Shown: positions 41,190 through 53,800, numbered from the whole stretch's first letter. The stretch: DNA of 62,844 nt, filler included, from Octopus bimaculoides (GCF_001194135.2; 9 parts of 9 records of this genome joined end to end with filler, not necessarily neighbours in it); one strand, 5' to 3'. Program-made: numbers and translations. The notes: a model not told the origin generated them from the sequence alone.

Positions 41190-41624
41190 AAGGAATATAA
41201 ACAATATTGAACACACACACACAATGTATTTTGTCAGTTTGTGGGCAGGCAGCGATTGTAGGTGTAAGAGAATATATTCTAATCAATTTACCTGGTGTTA
41301 AAACACCTACAAGTCATAGAGAAGCAAGATAACTTGCATCAGGTCCCATTAGAGGAGTGATAGACATTAATGTTTTGTCGTTTGTGACTTGTCAATACCG
41401 TATGCCCAAAATGGGGCCAGGTGCAAGCTAAATCGCTTTCTATGACAAAATGCAAAATAGTGTAAGATGACGAAACATTAATGTCTACTGCTCCAGTAAA
41501 GGGACCTGATGCCAGTTATGTCACGTGTCCATGACTTTCAGGTGTTTGAACACCAGGCGAATTCATGAGAATATACTCACACCTACAATCGCTTCCTGCT
41601 CATACACTTACAAAACACATACCT

Positions 41625-41669
<45 letters not shown>

Positions 41670-41690
41670 TTGATATTGTTTATTTATANN
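41190..41690. repeat. Diverged ~500-bp inverted repeat
   Basis: 41190-41385 and 41468-41690 are reverse complements (e.g. gcgattgtaggtgt / acacctacaatcgc, gacattaatgttt / aaacattaatgtc). The spacer is ~80 nt. Confidence 0.8.
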
Positions 41691-41818
41691 NNNNNNNNNN
41701 NNNNNNNNNNNNNNNNNNNNNNNNNNNNNNNNNNNNNNNNNNNNNNNNNNNNNNNNNNNNNNNNNNNNNNNNNNNNNNNNNNNNNNNNNNNNNNNNNNNN
41801 NNNNNNNNNNNNNNNNNN

Positions 41819-41851
<33 letters not shown>

Positions 41852-42298
41852 AAGGATGAAGTGGTGACAAAGGATCTTCAGATGCTGGGCCTCACTGAGG
41901 AGATGACAAAAGACTGGGACTTGTGGTGATATGCTGTACTTGAGAAGACATGTCAAGCTAAATAAAAATCACAGCCATCCATGCACACAGGCATGTCCTA
42001 TACAGCCATGCACCCATCTGTTTTCAAGCAAATAATATTCCCCCCCCCCCAATGGCCAAACATGTTCTCACAGTATGTTGGAAATGAATGATGCTCCTTG
42101 TATGACAGTGACACTCATTTACAACTACCATGTGATGTCAAGACAAGGAGACACATACATACATGACAGACTTCCATCTACTAAATCCATCCACAAGGCT
42201 TTGGTTGGCTTGGGGCTATTGAAGAAGATGCTTGCCCAAGACACCAGAAACGTGGTTGGGAAGCAAACTTCTTACCACACAATCACATCTGGGCAGTG

Positions 42299-42515
42299 TG
42301 TGTGTGTGTTTGCAAATCCAATGGAGGCCTCAAAAGACATTTTAAGATCCACAAAGAGAACTTATCTGCAGGTGGTCCAAATCGGAGGTGCAATCTATGT
42401 AGGTATCTTTTCAGAACATTATCTGGTTTAAAAAAACAAATCACATGCCATGATGGTGCTAAGGTGTAAGTACAGGAAGTGGTCAAACTCTGCATACAGA
42501 GTAGACAACCACCAT
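42299..42515 (+). mobile_element. LINE-like 3' end with two C2H2-type fingers
   Basis: VCKSNGGLKRHFKIH...CNLCRYLFRTLSGLKKQITCH..*, followed by a short UTR and a (TA)n run. Confidence 0.55.
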
Positions 42516-43847
42516 ATATATATATATATATATATATACTATATATTTATGAAAAGGGCAGACATTGTCTCACAAGCAGTTGTGCAGGCAAAAGTGTTAG
42601 TAAATGTGGTTGGATTGTGCTGAAAATTTGCACACCTATGTTAAATGTGCTGGGGAGTATGCATGCCAACTTTCAGTTTGCTCAATTGGAAAGCGTGGCC
42701 GCTAGGGCAAAATTGCTGATCTTTAAAATGGACTTTGATGTGTTTGTGTTCCTCTCTTTCTGCCTATCAGCCTTTCTTTCTCAATCTCTCTCGCTCCCTT
42801 CCTTTCATTGTGTCTCCACAACGGCATCTGGCAGCTTCCTCTCTCTTTCTTTCCCTCTCCGTCTTCGCTATCTCTCTGTCACTCTTTCTCACCCCGCCCC
42901 TCTCTCTCTCTCTCTCTCTGTATGTCTGTCTGTATCTATAGAGAGAAAGCAATGACTGCCGCCAGTGTTCCTCTATGTGGCAATTGATGTTCAAGAAATA
43001 ACAGCCAAATCAAGTGTATTAAAATATACATATGTACATACATACATACAAAGAACAAAACTGGTGACCATATGTGTTTAATGGAGAGGAATAAAAAAAT
43101 AACCATATTTTGTTGAAAACACATTTTACTGACTTCAAGTTTGAATATTTCCACCACAAGGCTTTTAGAATGGTGAATTATTATCGCTCACCACCACTGC
43201 ACCATCATGATAACAGATATTATTAATCAGATATTTGCGTTAATTTATATATGTGTGTATCTCTTTTACTTGTTTCAGTCATTTGACTGTGGCCATGCTG
43301 GAGCACTGCCTTTAGACGAGCAAATCGACCCCAGGACTTATTCTTTGTAAGTGTAGTACTTATTCTATCGGTCTCTTTTGCCAAACTGCTAAGTTACGGG
43401 GACGTAAACCCACCAGCATCGGTTGTCAAGTGATGTTGGAGGGACAAGCACAGACACACAAACATACACATATATATATACATATATACGACAGGCTTCT
43501 TTCAGTTTCCGTCTACCAAATCCACTGACAAGGCTTTGGTCGGCCCAAGGCTGTAGTAGAATACACTTGCCCAAGGTGCCACNNNNNNNNNNNNNNNNNN
43601 NNNNNNNNNNNNNNNNNNNNNNNNNNTTAATTAATTAANNNNNNNNNNNNNNNNNNNNNNNNNNNNNNNNNNNNNNNNNNNNAGCCACATGGTTCCGAGT
43701 TCAGTCCCACTGCGTGCACCTCGGACAAGTGTCTTCTACTATAGCTTCGTGCCGACCAAAGCCTTGTGAGTGGATTTGGTAGACGGAAACTGAAAGAAGC
43801 CCGTTGTATATATGTATATATATATATATATATGTGTGTGTGGGTGT

Positions 43848-43880
<33 letters not shown>

Positions 43881-45439
43881 TGTATTTGTCCCCCCAACAT
43901 CGCTTGACAACCGATGCTGGTGTGTTTACGTCCCCGTAACTTTGCGGCAAAAGAGACCGATAGAATAAGTACTAGGCTTACAAAGAATAAGTCCTGGGGT
44001 CGATTAGATTCCTTGGAAGAAAGCACCGAATGTATACAAAAACAAGGACAGAAAAAAACGAACCATGTTACACAAATACAATAAAAATAAAAATAATAAC
44101 AGGACATAACAACAGATGTCTTTCGACTAAGGACGAATTAAATTAAGCTGGCGTAAATGGAAATAAGGCCTTACAGCAGGGATACAAGATTTCACAGGCA
44201 CAGGGAGGAATATCAATGTTGCACGCACAACGGCCGGCGAAGAAAGATCAGGCCTGGCCGAACGACGATCACGTGGGAAGAGAAGAGAGAGAGAGGTAGA
44301 GGCAGAGGAACAAAAGAATTAAGGAGGGGCGAGAAAAAATGACAGGGAAAGTGAGCAAGAAGAGAAGGCAAGGAAATGTGAGAGAGTGGGGACGAAAGAA
44401 CGAAGAATGGAATGAATGAATAAGGGTGAAGAGGTTGATAGACAAAAATAGAGTCGTACAAGATTTAGAAAAATGTATGCTTCTGCACTGACAGAGCACA
44501 CACACAAAGGCACGAAGCTCGTTAAAAACTAACACACAAACTCGCAAATAATATGGAGCTGAATATTTACAGTTTAAAATTACTTTAAAATTGCTAGAGA
44601 TAGCTTTCGTGTTGTGTTACCGGAAATGACTCTTTAATCTAGCAAGAGATTTACAAATTTTTCCATGCAGACGATATGAAAATGCTTGATTTCGCTGTAA
44701 AGATTGCTGGACATTGTTATTCCGACATTTCATGTTCCTTATCAACCGAATTTACTTCTGCATGTCTTATTGCAAACAAAGGAAGATAATTTATCAAATT
44801 GTGACTGAGAAAAGTCTGTAGGGGGCCTAAATATGTGCTTCCGGTTATGATTATCTAGTCCAGCTTGAGAGTGGTAAATACGGATGCAGGTATCAGAAGA
44901 CTGGAGAGAAGGATCATTGCCATAAATAAATCTTGCCTTTTTTTTCCATCAGTGTATGTTTCTACTTATTATTTTCAGACAAGGCAGCATCTCGCATTTT
45001 TCTCCTCCATTTTTGTCGGTCAAGTGCATCACTGACCCAGTTTGCATGTATCCGTTTGAAATACTTTAGAGATTACTTATTAAATCCTTGAAACGTGTTT
45101 TTGGCTTACAATGAGGCTTCTTTCCTTCTTAGTATATGTAGATTTATTTTCTACATTCAATTTTGTATTTTGAAGAGAAATCTCAAGTTCATAATATGAG
45201 TTAGAAGCTGGTTAAAACAAAACAACAGCTTTATCTGCAGTTGTTATCCTAAAGACCATACGGGATTCGTCAACTGATTGAAAAGGTAATCAAATCACAG
45301 TCATCTACATGCAATAAATCTTTTATTTGAAAGGTAAAGTCTTTGTTTTTGCTGACAACTTTCTCAAATTAAATAATTTACCAGTACTTCTATAATGAAT
45401 ATGTACACTTTTCCAGCTATCTTTGAATGTATTTGCAAA

Positions 45440-46680
45440 CACAGCCTAAAAGTATAGAAAAAATAACGTTGGACTAAGAATGTATCCCCAGTTAACTCCA
45501 TTCTCCACTTTAAAAGACTCTGAAAGAACTCTTCCAACCTTAATTAATACGTCCATGTTTATCATGAAAATACCTTATCATGTTCCCAAAATGGATGGGA
45601 AGCCAAGCTTACGCAAAACCTCCCATAATGAAGGTCTATTCACTGCATCAAGGGCCTTTGTTCAATCAACAAAAACGTGGACTAAATCTAGATTTTCTTC
45701 GTGACATTTTTCTTGAACCTGATGTGCAGAAAAGATCATATCCACGATCCCACTATTTGATCCCATATTGAGATTCCCGGAAATCATTTGGTGGAATCTT
45801 ATCGTTTAATTTTGCAAGGAGAACCCCAGTAAGTACTCTACCAGCAGAGGACAAGCATGTGCTTCTGTTCCCTTATAAATAGGGATTATAACACCATCAC
45901 GCCAAGCTTTTGATACTGTTCTTATCTGCCATACATCACAAATTATTTTATGCTTTAATTTTGCCATATTGTAACCTCCAAACAGGAAAAGCTCTGTTGC
46001 AATTCTATCTACTCCCGGTGCTTTTTCAGGATTGTTTACTAATAGAGATTTGAACCTCTTCAACTGACGGAATACTATTTAATTCATAAATGATTGACAT
46101 TTGCAGAAGATTGGAGATGATATCATCATCGACATTAGAATTTTGTAAAAATAAGTAAGAAAAATGCTCTTTCCATCTTTTTGCAATAGCTTCCATTGGT
46201 GTAAAGAGTGTTTCTCCGTTGCCTGAGCATAGAGGTATCATTCTTGCACCTTTATTGCCATATGCTTTTCATTTTATGAGAGCATAAAACTTTAATCATT
46301 ATGGCAATCAGTAGCTGATTGAATATCTTTTGACAAATCCCCACTACCAATTTTCCTCCATACCTATTATTGCTCTTTGTACCTATACTTCAACTCGTTT
46401 TAGTTCATTTTGTATCTATTTGCGTTTAATAGAGGATAAAGTATTCTGAAGAAGTGATTTTCTGCTCAAGTAGCAGAGTTATCTGTGTTATTTTCATAAA
46501 TCCAACCCCGATTATCAGCTTTTTTTGAAGAACAAGTAATTCAGAGGAGACACCAAAAAATTATTTTGTAATTTACCCTATGAAGTTAGATCCTGAATTG
46601 ATGAAAGATGTTCCTGAAAATCTTCCTGCGCATCAGGATTTTAAGCCTTCCTACATTATGTTTTGTTAAGGTCTTATTGT
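45440..46680 (-). mobile_element. Decayed RTE-clade LINE, reverse transcriptase region
   Basis: KAPGVDRIATELF...WRDGVIIPIYKG, then GVLLAKLN...SQYG, with many stops and frameshifts. Confidence 0.85.
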
Positions 46681-47749
46681 TAGATTGTGCCTGGGATGTA
46701 TTGTCATTTTAATATTTGTTCTAACTAGTGCGTGATCTGACCAACAATTCGCTCTTTTTAAGGAACGAGCGTCAAGTGCATCTTTCTACCTCTTCGCCTA
46801 ACAATTACAGAATCAATGTTACATCACCCCGAAGTCGCTCTTCAACTCTACTGGTAACATGTAACTCAGTAGAACCTTTTGCATGGTCAGGTTATTGGCA
46901 ATTAAACTGGCAACCCCACCGAGCTTGCGTTACTGAAGAGGGTGCGTGTTGGATACCCTGCAGGACAAAAGATAAAACACATCACAAGGTAGTGGAATTC
47001 ATGAGTAGTCAACGGCTATCCAACAATGTGTACATATTATATATATTGTCTATGCATGTGTATGCATGTGTGCATGTATGTATGTATGTATGTATGTATG
47101 TATGTATTTATGTATGTATGTATGCATGTATATATATATATATNNNNNNNNNNNNNNNNNNNNNNNNNNNNNNNNNNNNNNNNNNNNNNNNNNNNNNNNN
47201 NNNNNNNNNNNNNNNNNNNNNNNNNNNNNNNNNNNNNNNNNNNNNNNNNNNNNNNNNNNNNNNNNNNNNNNNNNNNNNNNNNNNNNNNNNNNNNNNNNNN
47301 NNNNNNNNNNNNNNNNNNNNNNNNNNNNNNNNNNNNNNNNNNNNNNNNNNNNNNNNNNNNNNNNNNNNNNNNNNNNNNNNNNNNNNNNNNNNNNNNNNNN
47401 NNNNNNNNNNNNNNNNNNNNNNNNNNNNNNNNNNNNNNNNNNNNNNNNNNNNNNNNNNNNNNNNNNNNNNNNNNNNNNNNNNNNNNNNNNNNNNNNNNNN
47501 NNNNNNNNNNNNNNNNNNNNNNNNNNNNNNNNNNNNNNNNNNNNNNNNNNNNNNNNNNNNNNNNNNNNNNNNNNNNNNNNNNNNNNNNNNNNNNNNNNNN
47601 NNNNNNNNNNNNNNNNNNNNNNNNNNNNNNNNNNNNNNNNNNNNNNNNNNNNNNNNNNNNNNNNNNNNNNNNNNNNNNNNNNNNNNNNNNNNNNNNNNNN
47701 NNNNNNNNNNNNNNNNNNNATATATGAGTAACAAAGATGTACAGGTGTT

Positions 47750-48900
47750 AATTCATAATGGCCGTTTCAAGCGACTCCTTTAATTGATTACATCATTGCA
47801 AAGAAACCGTTTTCGCCAGATAACTACATAGACTTCAAACACAAAAGACAAACCAACTGCTTTAATATATTCGTATCACCAACGGAGCTCAAATATTTAC
47901 ATTGATTCTGCTACTATATCTTTGGCAGAATGAGTTTATAAAAATAGTCAATGTAGTGTCGAATTTACTAGAATTTAGAGGTTAGTAGAGGTTATAGTGG
48001 TGGGAGGAATAATTGAGAATGGTGATCTAGTTACCTACACTTCGAAGACAATAAGAGGAATGTAGTCTTCAATCATATAAAATTAAATCTTTTGGGAGAT
48101 GTAGCTTTTTCCAGACAAAGATGATAAATTAATTAATATCATGACAGCCTACTAGACAATCTAAGTACTGGAACCTTATATCCGGCTTTGTCTACACCAA
48201 AGAGTAAGGCTTGGGGTGGTAAAAGATGGAGGAATACCTGATGGGGAAGGAGTAATAGTTGAAAGAACCATACTTATTTTGACTGTCATCTAATGATACT
48301 TATTTTGATTGCCATCTTAAAGTGGAAGCTAATAAAAAAAAACTAAAGGAATAAGTATTAGGAATTAGGGGTGGAAGATAAGTACAGAGAATAAGGGGAG
48401 GAACACATTGCAACTCAGCATATTTATAATGTTAAATCAAGATATAATTAAATATACAGATGAAAATTTTAATAAGGGGATACTTGAAAATATAAGAGAA
48501 ATATTAAGACTTTTCATCAATGTAGTGTATAGAATATCCTGGTAAAGTATTATATGATGGATGTATAAAGGAAATATCTATAATACAAATAGATACTTAT
48601 AGTATGAAATTAAACTGATATTAAACTCATACCCGTCAAATACGGATGGGTAAAGATAGGATACAGTAAGAAATGAGAGCAAATGTTTAGGTTATGTAAA
48701 TTAGAAATATTAAATATATAAAGGAGTACATTTATGTACAAGATTTAAGCGAATTTCCTATAATCACATAATGAGTATCATGTATAATTAAAAAATATAA
48801 AATAAAATAAGAAAAAAGTATAAATTGTCACAAATTTCTAAGCTATAAAAATTATAAAAATATATAAAGGATATATAAAGGCATAAAATTATAAAAATAA
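47750..48900 (-). mobile_element. Heavily decayed Penelope-like element
   Basis: Weak peptide traces (IDEKS*YFSYIFKYP; GYKVP...SGKS..SQKI) followed 3' by a degenerate hammerhead-like motif at 47753-47823. Confidence 0.35.
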
Positions 48901-49064
48901 AATATAAGAATTTATAAGATATAATGTGTGATTAAAAAATATATAATAATACGAACTATAAAAAAAAACAAGAAAATATATAAAAGGGTATATAAAGGCA
49001 TAAAATATAAAAATATAAGTTATAAACAAATTTTTTAATACAGTTCTATATTTAAGAGATGAGG

Positions 49065-49265
49065 AATTATGTACATTATTTACATTTGACGGATATTTGT
49101 CTTCATCTTGTTTGTTGTTAACACAACGTTTCGGCTGATATACTCTCCAGCCTTCATCAGCTGTCTTTGGGAAATTTCGAACCTGGGTTCTCATTCCTAA
49201 TGAATTTTTTCGATGTTATTATTATTATTCAGATCACTGCCTGGAATCGAACTCAGAATCTTGGG
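49065..49265 (-). mobile_element. 5'-truncated SINE-like element carrying a hammerhead motif
   Basis: Box-B GTTCGATTCC (49252-49243), second GGTTCGAAA (49183-49175), hammerhead 49165-49120, and an aatgtaaataatgt-type tail. Confidence 0.5.
49120..49165 (-). ncRNA. Minimal type I hammerhead ribozyme motif
   Basis: GACAG-CUGAUGA-A-GGCUG-gagaguauau-CAGCC-GAAACGUU-GUGUU. 5-bp helix II, loopless palindromic ACGU helix III, helix I with a G.G mismatch at the first pair. Confidence 0.7.
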
Positions 49266-49267
49266 TT

Positions 49268-49414
49268 GTTCTACTTGGTACCAACTCAAGCATTAAAATC
49301 AATCAAAATAATTTTTTCATTATTACTTTTAATAGCAAATCCTACGCATCCTTCTATACATTTTCCTTCTTTTTCTCCCTTCGAGACTATCGTATACCTT
49401 GCACCTACTTCTTC
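49268..49414 (-). mobile_element. Inverted copy of the RTE endonuclease fragment at 50224-50369
   Basis: Reverse complement of 50224-50369, roughly 90% identical by eye. Confidence 0.85.
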
Positions 49415-49424
49415 TGTGCATGTG

Positions 49425-49528
<104 letters not shown>

Positions 49529-49544
49529 TGAGTGAGTGTGTGTG

Positions 49545-49720
49545 GTGTGCTTTATATTCATAAACCCACTAGAATTGCTGAGCCAAACATCTAGCTTCGG
49601 CTTGTCTTTGGGATATTCATTGCAAGTTGCACAAGAGCTGAATTCTACACAGGCCTTTCTAACATCATTGTCAATACTCTGTGTTGTCTTCATTGGTACA
49701 TCTTATTATCCTTTTATGTT
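49545..49720 (-). mobile_element. Possible Gypsy integrase Zn-binding fragment
   Basis: SIDNDVRKACVEFSSCATCNEYPK resembles the PGIDxDV...CxxC segment. Short. Confidence 0.3.
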
Positions 49721-49979
49721 CTTTTGTAATTTTACATGCCCTCTTGTCTTTTCGTGTCACAAGACTTACGACGATGAGATGGTGTCGTCGGGTACAGACA
49801 GACCTGACAGGTTGGAAGTGTCTAACCACCAACTTCCACACAGATAGCCATTTGGCAGGTGCAAAGTCACTTCCTCATCAACTCGAGGTGATGGTGGGGT
49901 TCGGTTTCTCCATTTGGTGTATGAGCAACCCTTTTAAGAAGAGCACTCCATCCCTTTTTAGGAAGTGTTTCGAAAATGT

Positions 49980-50520
49980 AACTCAAAAATTGCTCACCTC
50001 ATAAAAATCTGGTCAATTTTAATAACACTGGCGGACGTCCATACAACTCTTGAAACAATAGAATTATTAATGCTGATGCTATCCAAACAATGATCGCGCG
50101 TTTGCTGATAATGTAGGAGTTTGTCTTGAGCGTAAAACTGTTATTCTTGCTAAGCGACTACGAAAGTATTCTGTAAATATTGCAACACTCTCTGAGACCT
50201 GCTTATTCGGTGATGGTCAGATTGAAGAAGTAGTGCAAGGTATACGATAGTCTCGAAGGGAGAAAAAGAAGGAAAATGTATAGAAGGATGCGTAGGATTT
50301 GCCATTAAAAATAATTCTGATAAAATTATTTTGCTTGATTTTAATGCTTGAGTTGGTACCAAGTAGAACACATGGAGATGTCTTGGAAGGTATGAGGTTG
50401 TTACTCCTTCAACTTTGAACAGAATTGGACTTATTTGTATCAAGTATCAAGTTTAAACATAAAGACTGTCACGTTAAAATATGGATGCATCCTCGATCCA
50501 AACACTTGAATCTAATTAAT
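49980..50520 (+). mobile_element. Decayed RTE-clade LINE, AP-endonuclease region with internal deletion
   Basis: ERKTVILAKRLRKYSVNIATLSETCL.GDGQIEE...GVGFAIK-like text joined directly to IILLDFNA*VG. Confidence 0.8.
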
Positions 50521-50671
50521 CCGCACGCGCGAACACACACTCCCACACAGATATATATATATATANNNNNNNNNNNNNNNNNNNNNNNNNNNNNNNNNNN
50601 NNNNNNNNNNNNNNNNNNNNNNNNNNNNNNNNNNNNNNNNNNNNNNNNNNNNNNNNNNNNNNNNNNNNNNN

Positions 50672-50830
50672 CTACAGAGCCGGGCGTAAGTCCGTTAATC
50701 CGTCAATAGTTAATTAACGAAGTTAACATTTTCGTTAACGATTTAATTTTTAAGTTAACTTTGAAGATCATTATCGGACTAATTAACTTTCGTTACATTT
50801 AGCTTCCGTTAACACAAATCCGTTAACCCA
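50672..50830 (+). mobile_element. Possible hAT-type terminus with GTTAAC subterminal repeats
   Basis: cagagccgggc start followed by about 10 gttaa(c) motifs. Second end not found. Confidence 0.35.
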
Positions 50831-53800
50831 ATACTCGTCTACTGCAACCCCATGGTCGACGCAGTTTTGGCCCCTAGGTCGATGCAGTTTTGGCAGGCAT
50901 CGACAAAAGATTTTCAACCCTACTGGACGATGAGGAATGCCAATTGGCTGCTGCCTTCCCCCCCCCCCAGGTTTATGTATGTCAGGGTTATGTATGTCTG
51001 TATCTTGTATGTAATGAATTTTCTCACGGTATTCAGCCCTAGTTAAAGCAGTATTGTAATATACCCCCCCCACACACACACACAGAGGAGGAGGAGAGAG
51101 AGAGAAACGGTTGGATGGATTTTGGTCAGGGGGTTGTAATAATACATAATAATTTAAAACTCAATGTTATAGAGTTAAGTAACTTAGTGTTTATTGTCGT
51201 TTAGCAGCATGGCGAAATGTCACGAGTTGTAATAACTGGCCACAACAATTAAGATTCAGTGAATATTCCAGTTTAACAGAAGCAGTCTCATCTGAGTAAT
51301 ACATGGTGAAGTTGCCGAGATTGCTTGTGCCACTATTTCAATTTTTTATACTTTTTGAGCGAAATATAATTGGTCTTACTAAATTTTGAGTAACACCTGG
51401 CCAATGAAGAGATTATCGCACTTAGTCACGCGATCTCACAATCACGCATAACTTATATGTTGAATCTTCAGACTTAGAGTAAACATTTTGTGAGAAATAG
51501 AAAGTATAGTAGTCCAGTAGAGGAGCACGAGTCTTCTTTTACCAAATTTATCATTTCATAATTAACCTTAACCACACAACTAACTGTACATAGCGAAGAA
51601 CTTGTTAGGTAGCTCTGAATATTTGTTTCCTCTCGTATAGGTTTTAGTAGATTGATTTTCTTAGTACTGAAGGTAAATGCTATTTTAGATTGATGTAGCT
51701 ACTCAGTGCGTCTGGAGAAAACGATAAAATTGAGTATTTTGTACGTCGTTCATGCTCAGCAAAATCTGTCACTTCTGACTTCTTATTAATGGCTTTATGC
51801 ATCTTCAGCACACATCCATCATAGACTACTGTGTTCCAGCTCCAGTTTTTTGTCAATTTACTTCGCGTAAAGCAATATAGTTTGTATTAAATCGGTGTGC
51901 CAGCGGGAATGAATTACCTTGGAAAATTAACTATAGTGCAAAGCTTTCACAAACTCGCTCGTACACACATGCACACTCATATATACACTCGTGCACCCGC
52001 AAATGCACGCACGCACACACACATACACACACATATACACACAAAGGGTATTGCATGTTTCAAATAGCATTAATTAAGTGACAACTTAGACATTACATAA
52101 TAATATTCAATATATTCCATACGTACGCACAAATATATACATTTATTTATAAATGAATGAAAACATGCTTAGAGATGATAGAGAGAAAATATATACTGAT
52201 CCAAAGAGAAAAGTTTTTCAAAAACAGGTAAATACAAGCCATAAATCAGGAAAGTGATGAATAATGAGAGTTATTAAGAGAGATTTAATGATAAATTAAC
52301 TCAAAAGAAGGTGGATTCTATTAATGATATTGCACTCCAATTAGAGTTTCTCAAAGATCTAATACTGTCAACATGCATACATGCATTGCAGTAGTTGTGT
52401 AAAATCAGCAACGAGTGTGTTACCATAGTTACCAATTTTATTTTGCAGAAGTAAGTATTCGACTCTTCAGTGTCAATAGCTGTTTCAAACAAACTATAAC
52501 GAAATAACATTCTTTACAATTGCTTGATTCCTTCTTTTGTTTTTATTATATTTTACATTGATATTCTACTTTCATGCAATTTCATGGTTGAAACGTGGGC
52601 AGGTTGTCACGGAAATTTTGAGCTTTAAAAGTGCTAAGATTTTTAGTTCTTTTTCTGATATAAACTAGAATAAAGCAAATTGCAAACCTGCTGTGAGTTT
52701 TAGTTTAGAATAGAGATTTTAAATACCTTTTTCTGTTACCACAGTAAATCATGTGAAGTTGCATAAAACTCTTTTATGGCACGACTGATTTTTTAGGACG
52801 TTGCATTTTTCAAAGTACATTAATAAAATAACAGTTTAAATTGTATAAAAAATTGTAACAGCCACATTACAATAATAACATCTGTTAATAATATTCGATG
52901 CATTACTGGGCCAAGTTGCATGAAAACTAACATTATGGTGCACTTTCGCTATAAAACAGTCGTACAGAATAGTTTAGAACCAAATTAGATTTTGCTGATT
53001 CAGTTCTCTTTTTCAAATGATGAAATTTTTGGATATATTGTCGTGGCGTCGTTCACCTAAAACTTTGACAATTTTTAGAATAAATATAAACAACATAATC
53101 TTACTAATAGCATTAAATAAATAAAAACTACACAGTTTGCAGAAAATCCTGAAGCAATATTGGTTTATTAGACACTACGAATAATATCCAATATTAATAA
53201 GTTTAGAAAGAAAATGGGGAATTCTCAAACTGGATTTTCACTGTAATTGAACCGCCGTGAAATAGATGACCATTTGGAACTGGAAGTAACCTTCACACAA
53301 ATTCACATTTCGAAATATATTACCTTTTTATCTATCCTATGTTTATCTAATCGTTGGTCTTACAACATTTCTCGTATCTTAAAGTATACAATGCATATAT
53401 AAAACCTACTAAAGCTACAAACTTTACCAATATTTAAAGAGACGGGAAGGTCTGATTGTGTCAACCCCAGTACTTGATGGTACTTTATTTCCTCGACACC
53501 AGGATAAGAGACCAAGTTGACTCTTGTGAATTTGAGCTCAGAATTTAAAGACACCGAATAGATATCACAAGGCATTTTCTCCAACGCTCTAACAATTATG
53601 CTAATCCACCACCCTAGCATTGTGTATAAACATTGACATATTGTCAGAAAATCAGGAAGTTGCCTGAGAAAAATGTTTTAATATGCAATAGGATAAGCAA
53701 CAAAGTAATTTCAACAGTTGCCCTTTTTACAACAGACTGAACATGAAATAGATGAAATATTAGTTAATCAGCTCCTTTACTTAAGTTAATAAGGTCCAAC

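Noticed and set aside
46920-46965. CTGAAGA-GGGT...ACCC hammerhead-like start
   Set aside because: No GAAA, helix III or helix I partner.
52460-52495. GAAACAGCT...CTGAAGA on the minus strand
   Set aside because: Elements are in permuted order and helix I cannot close.
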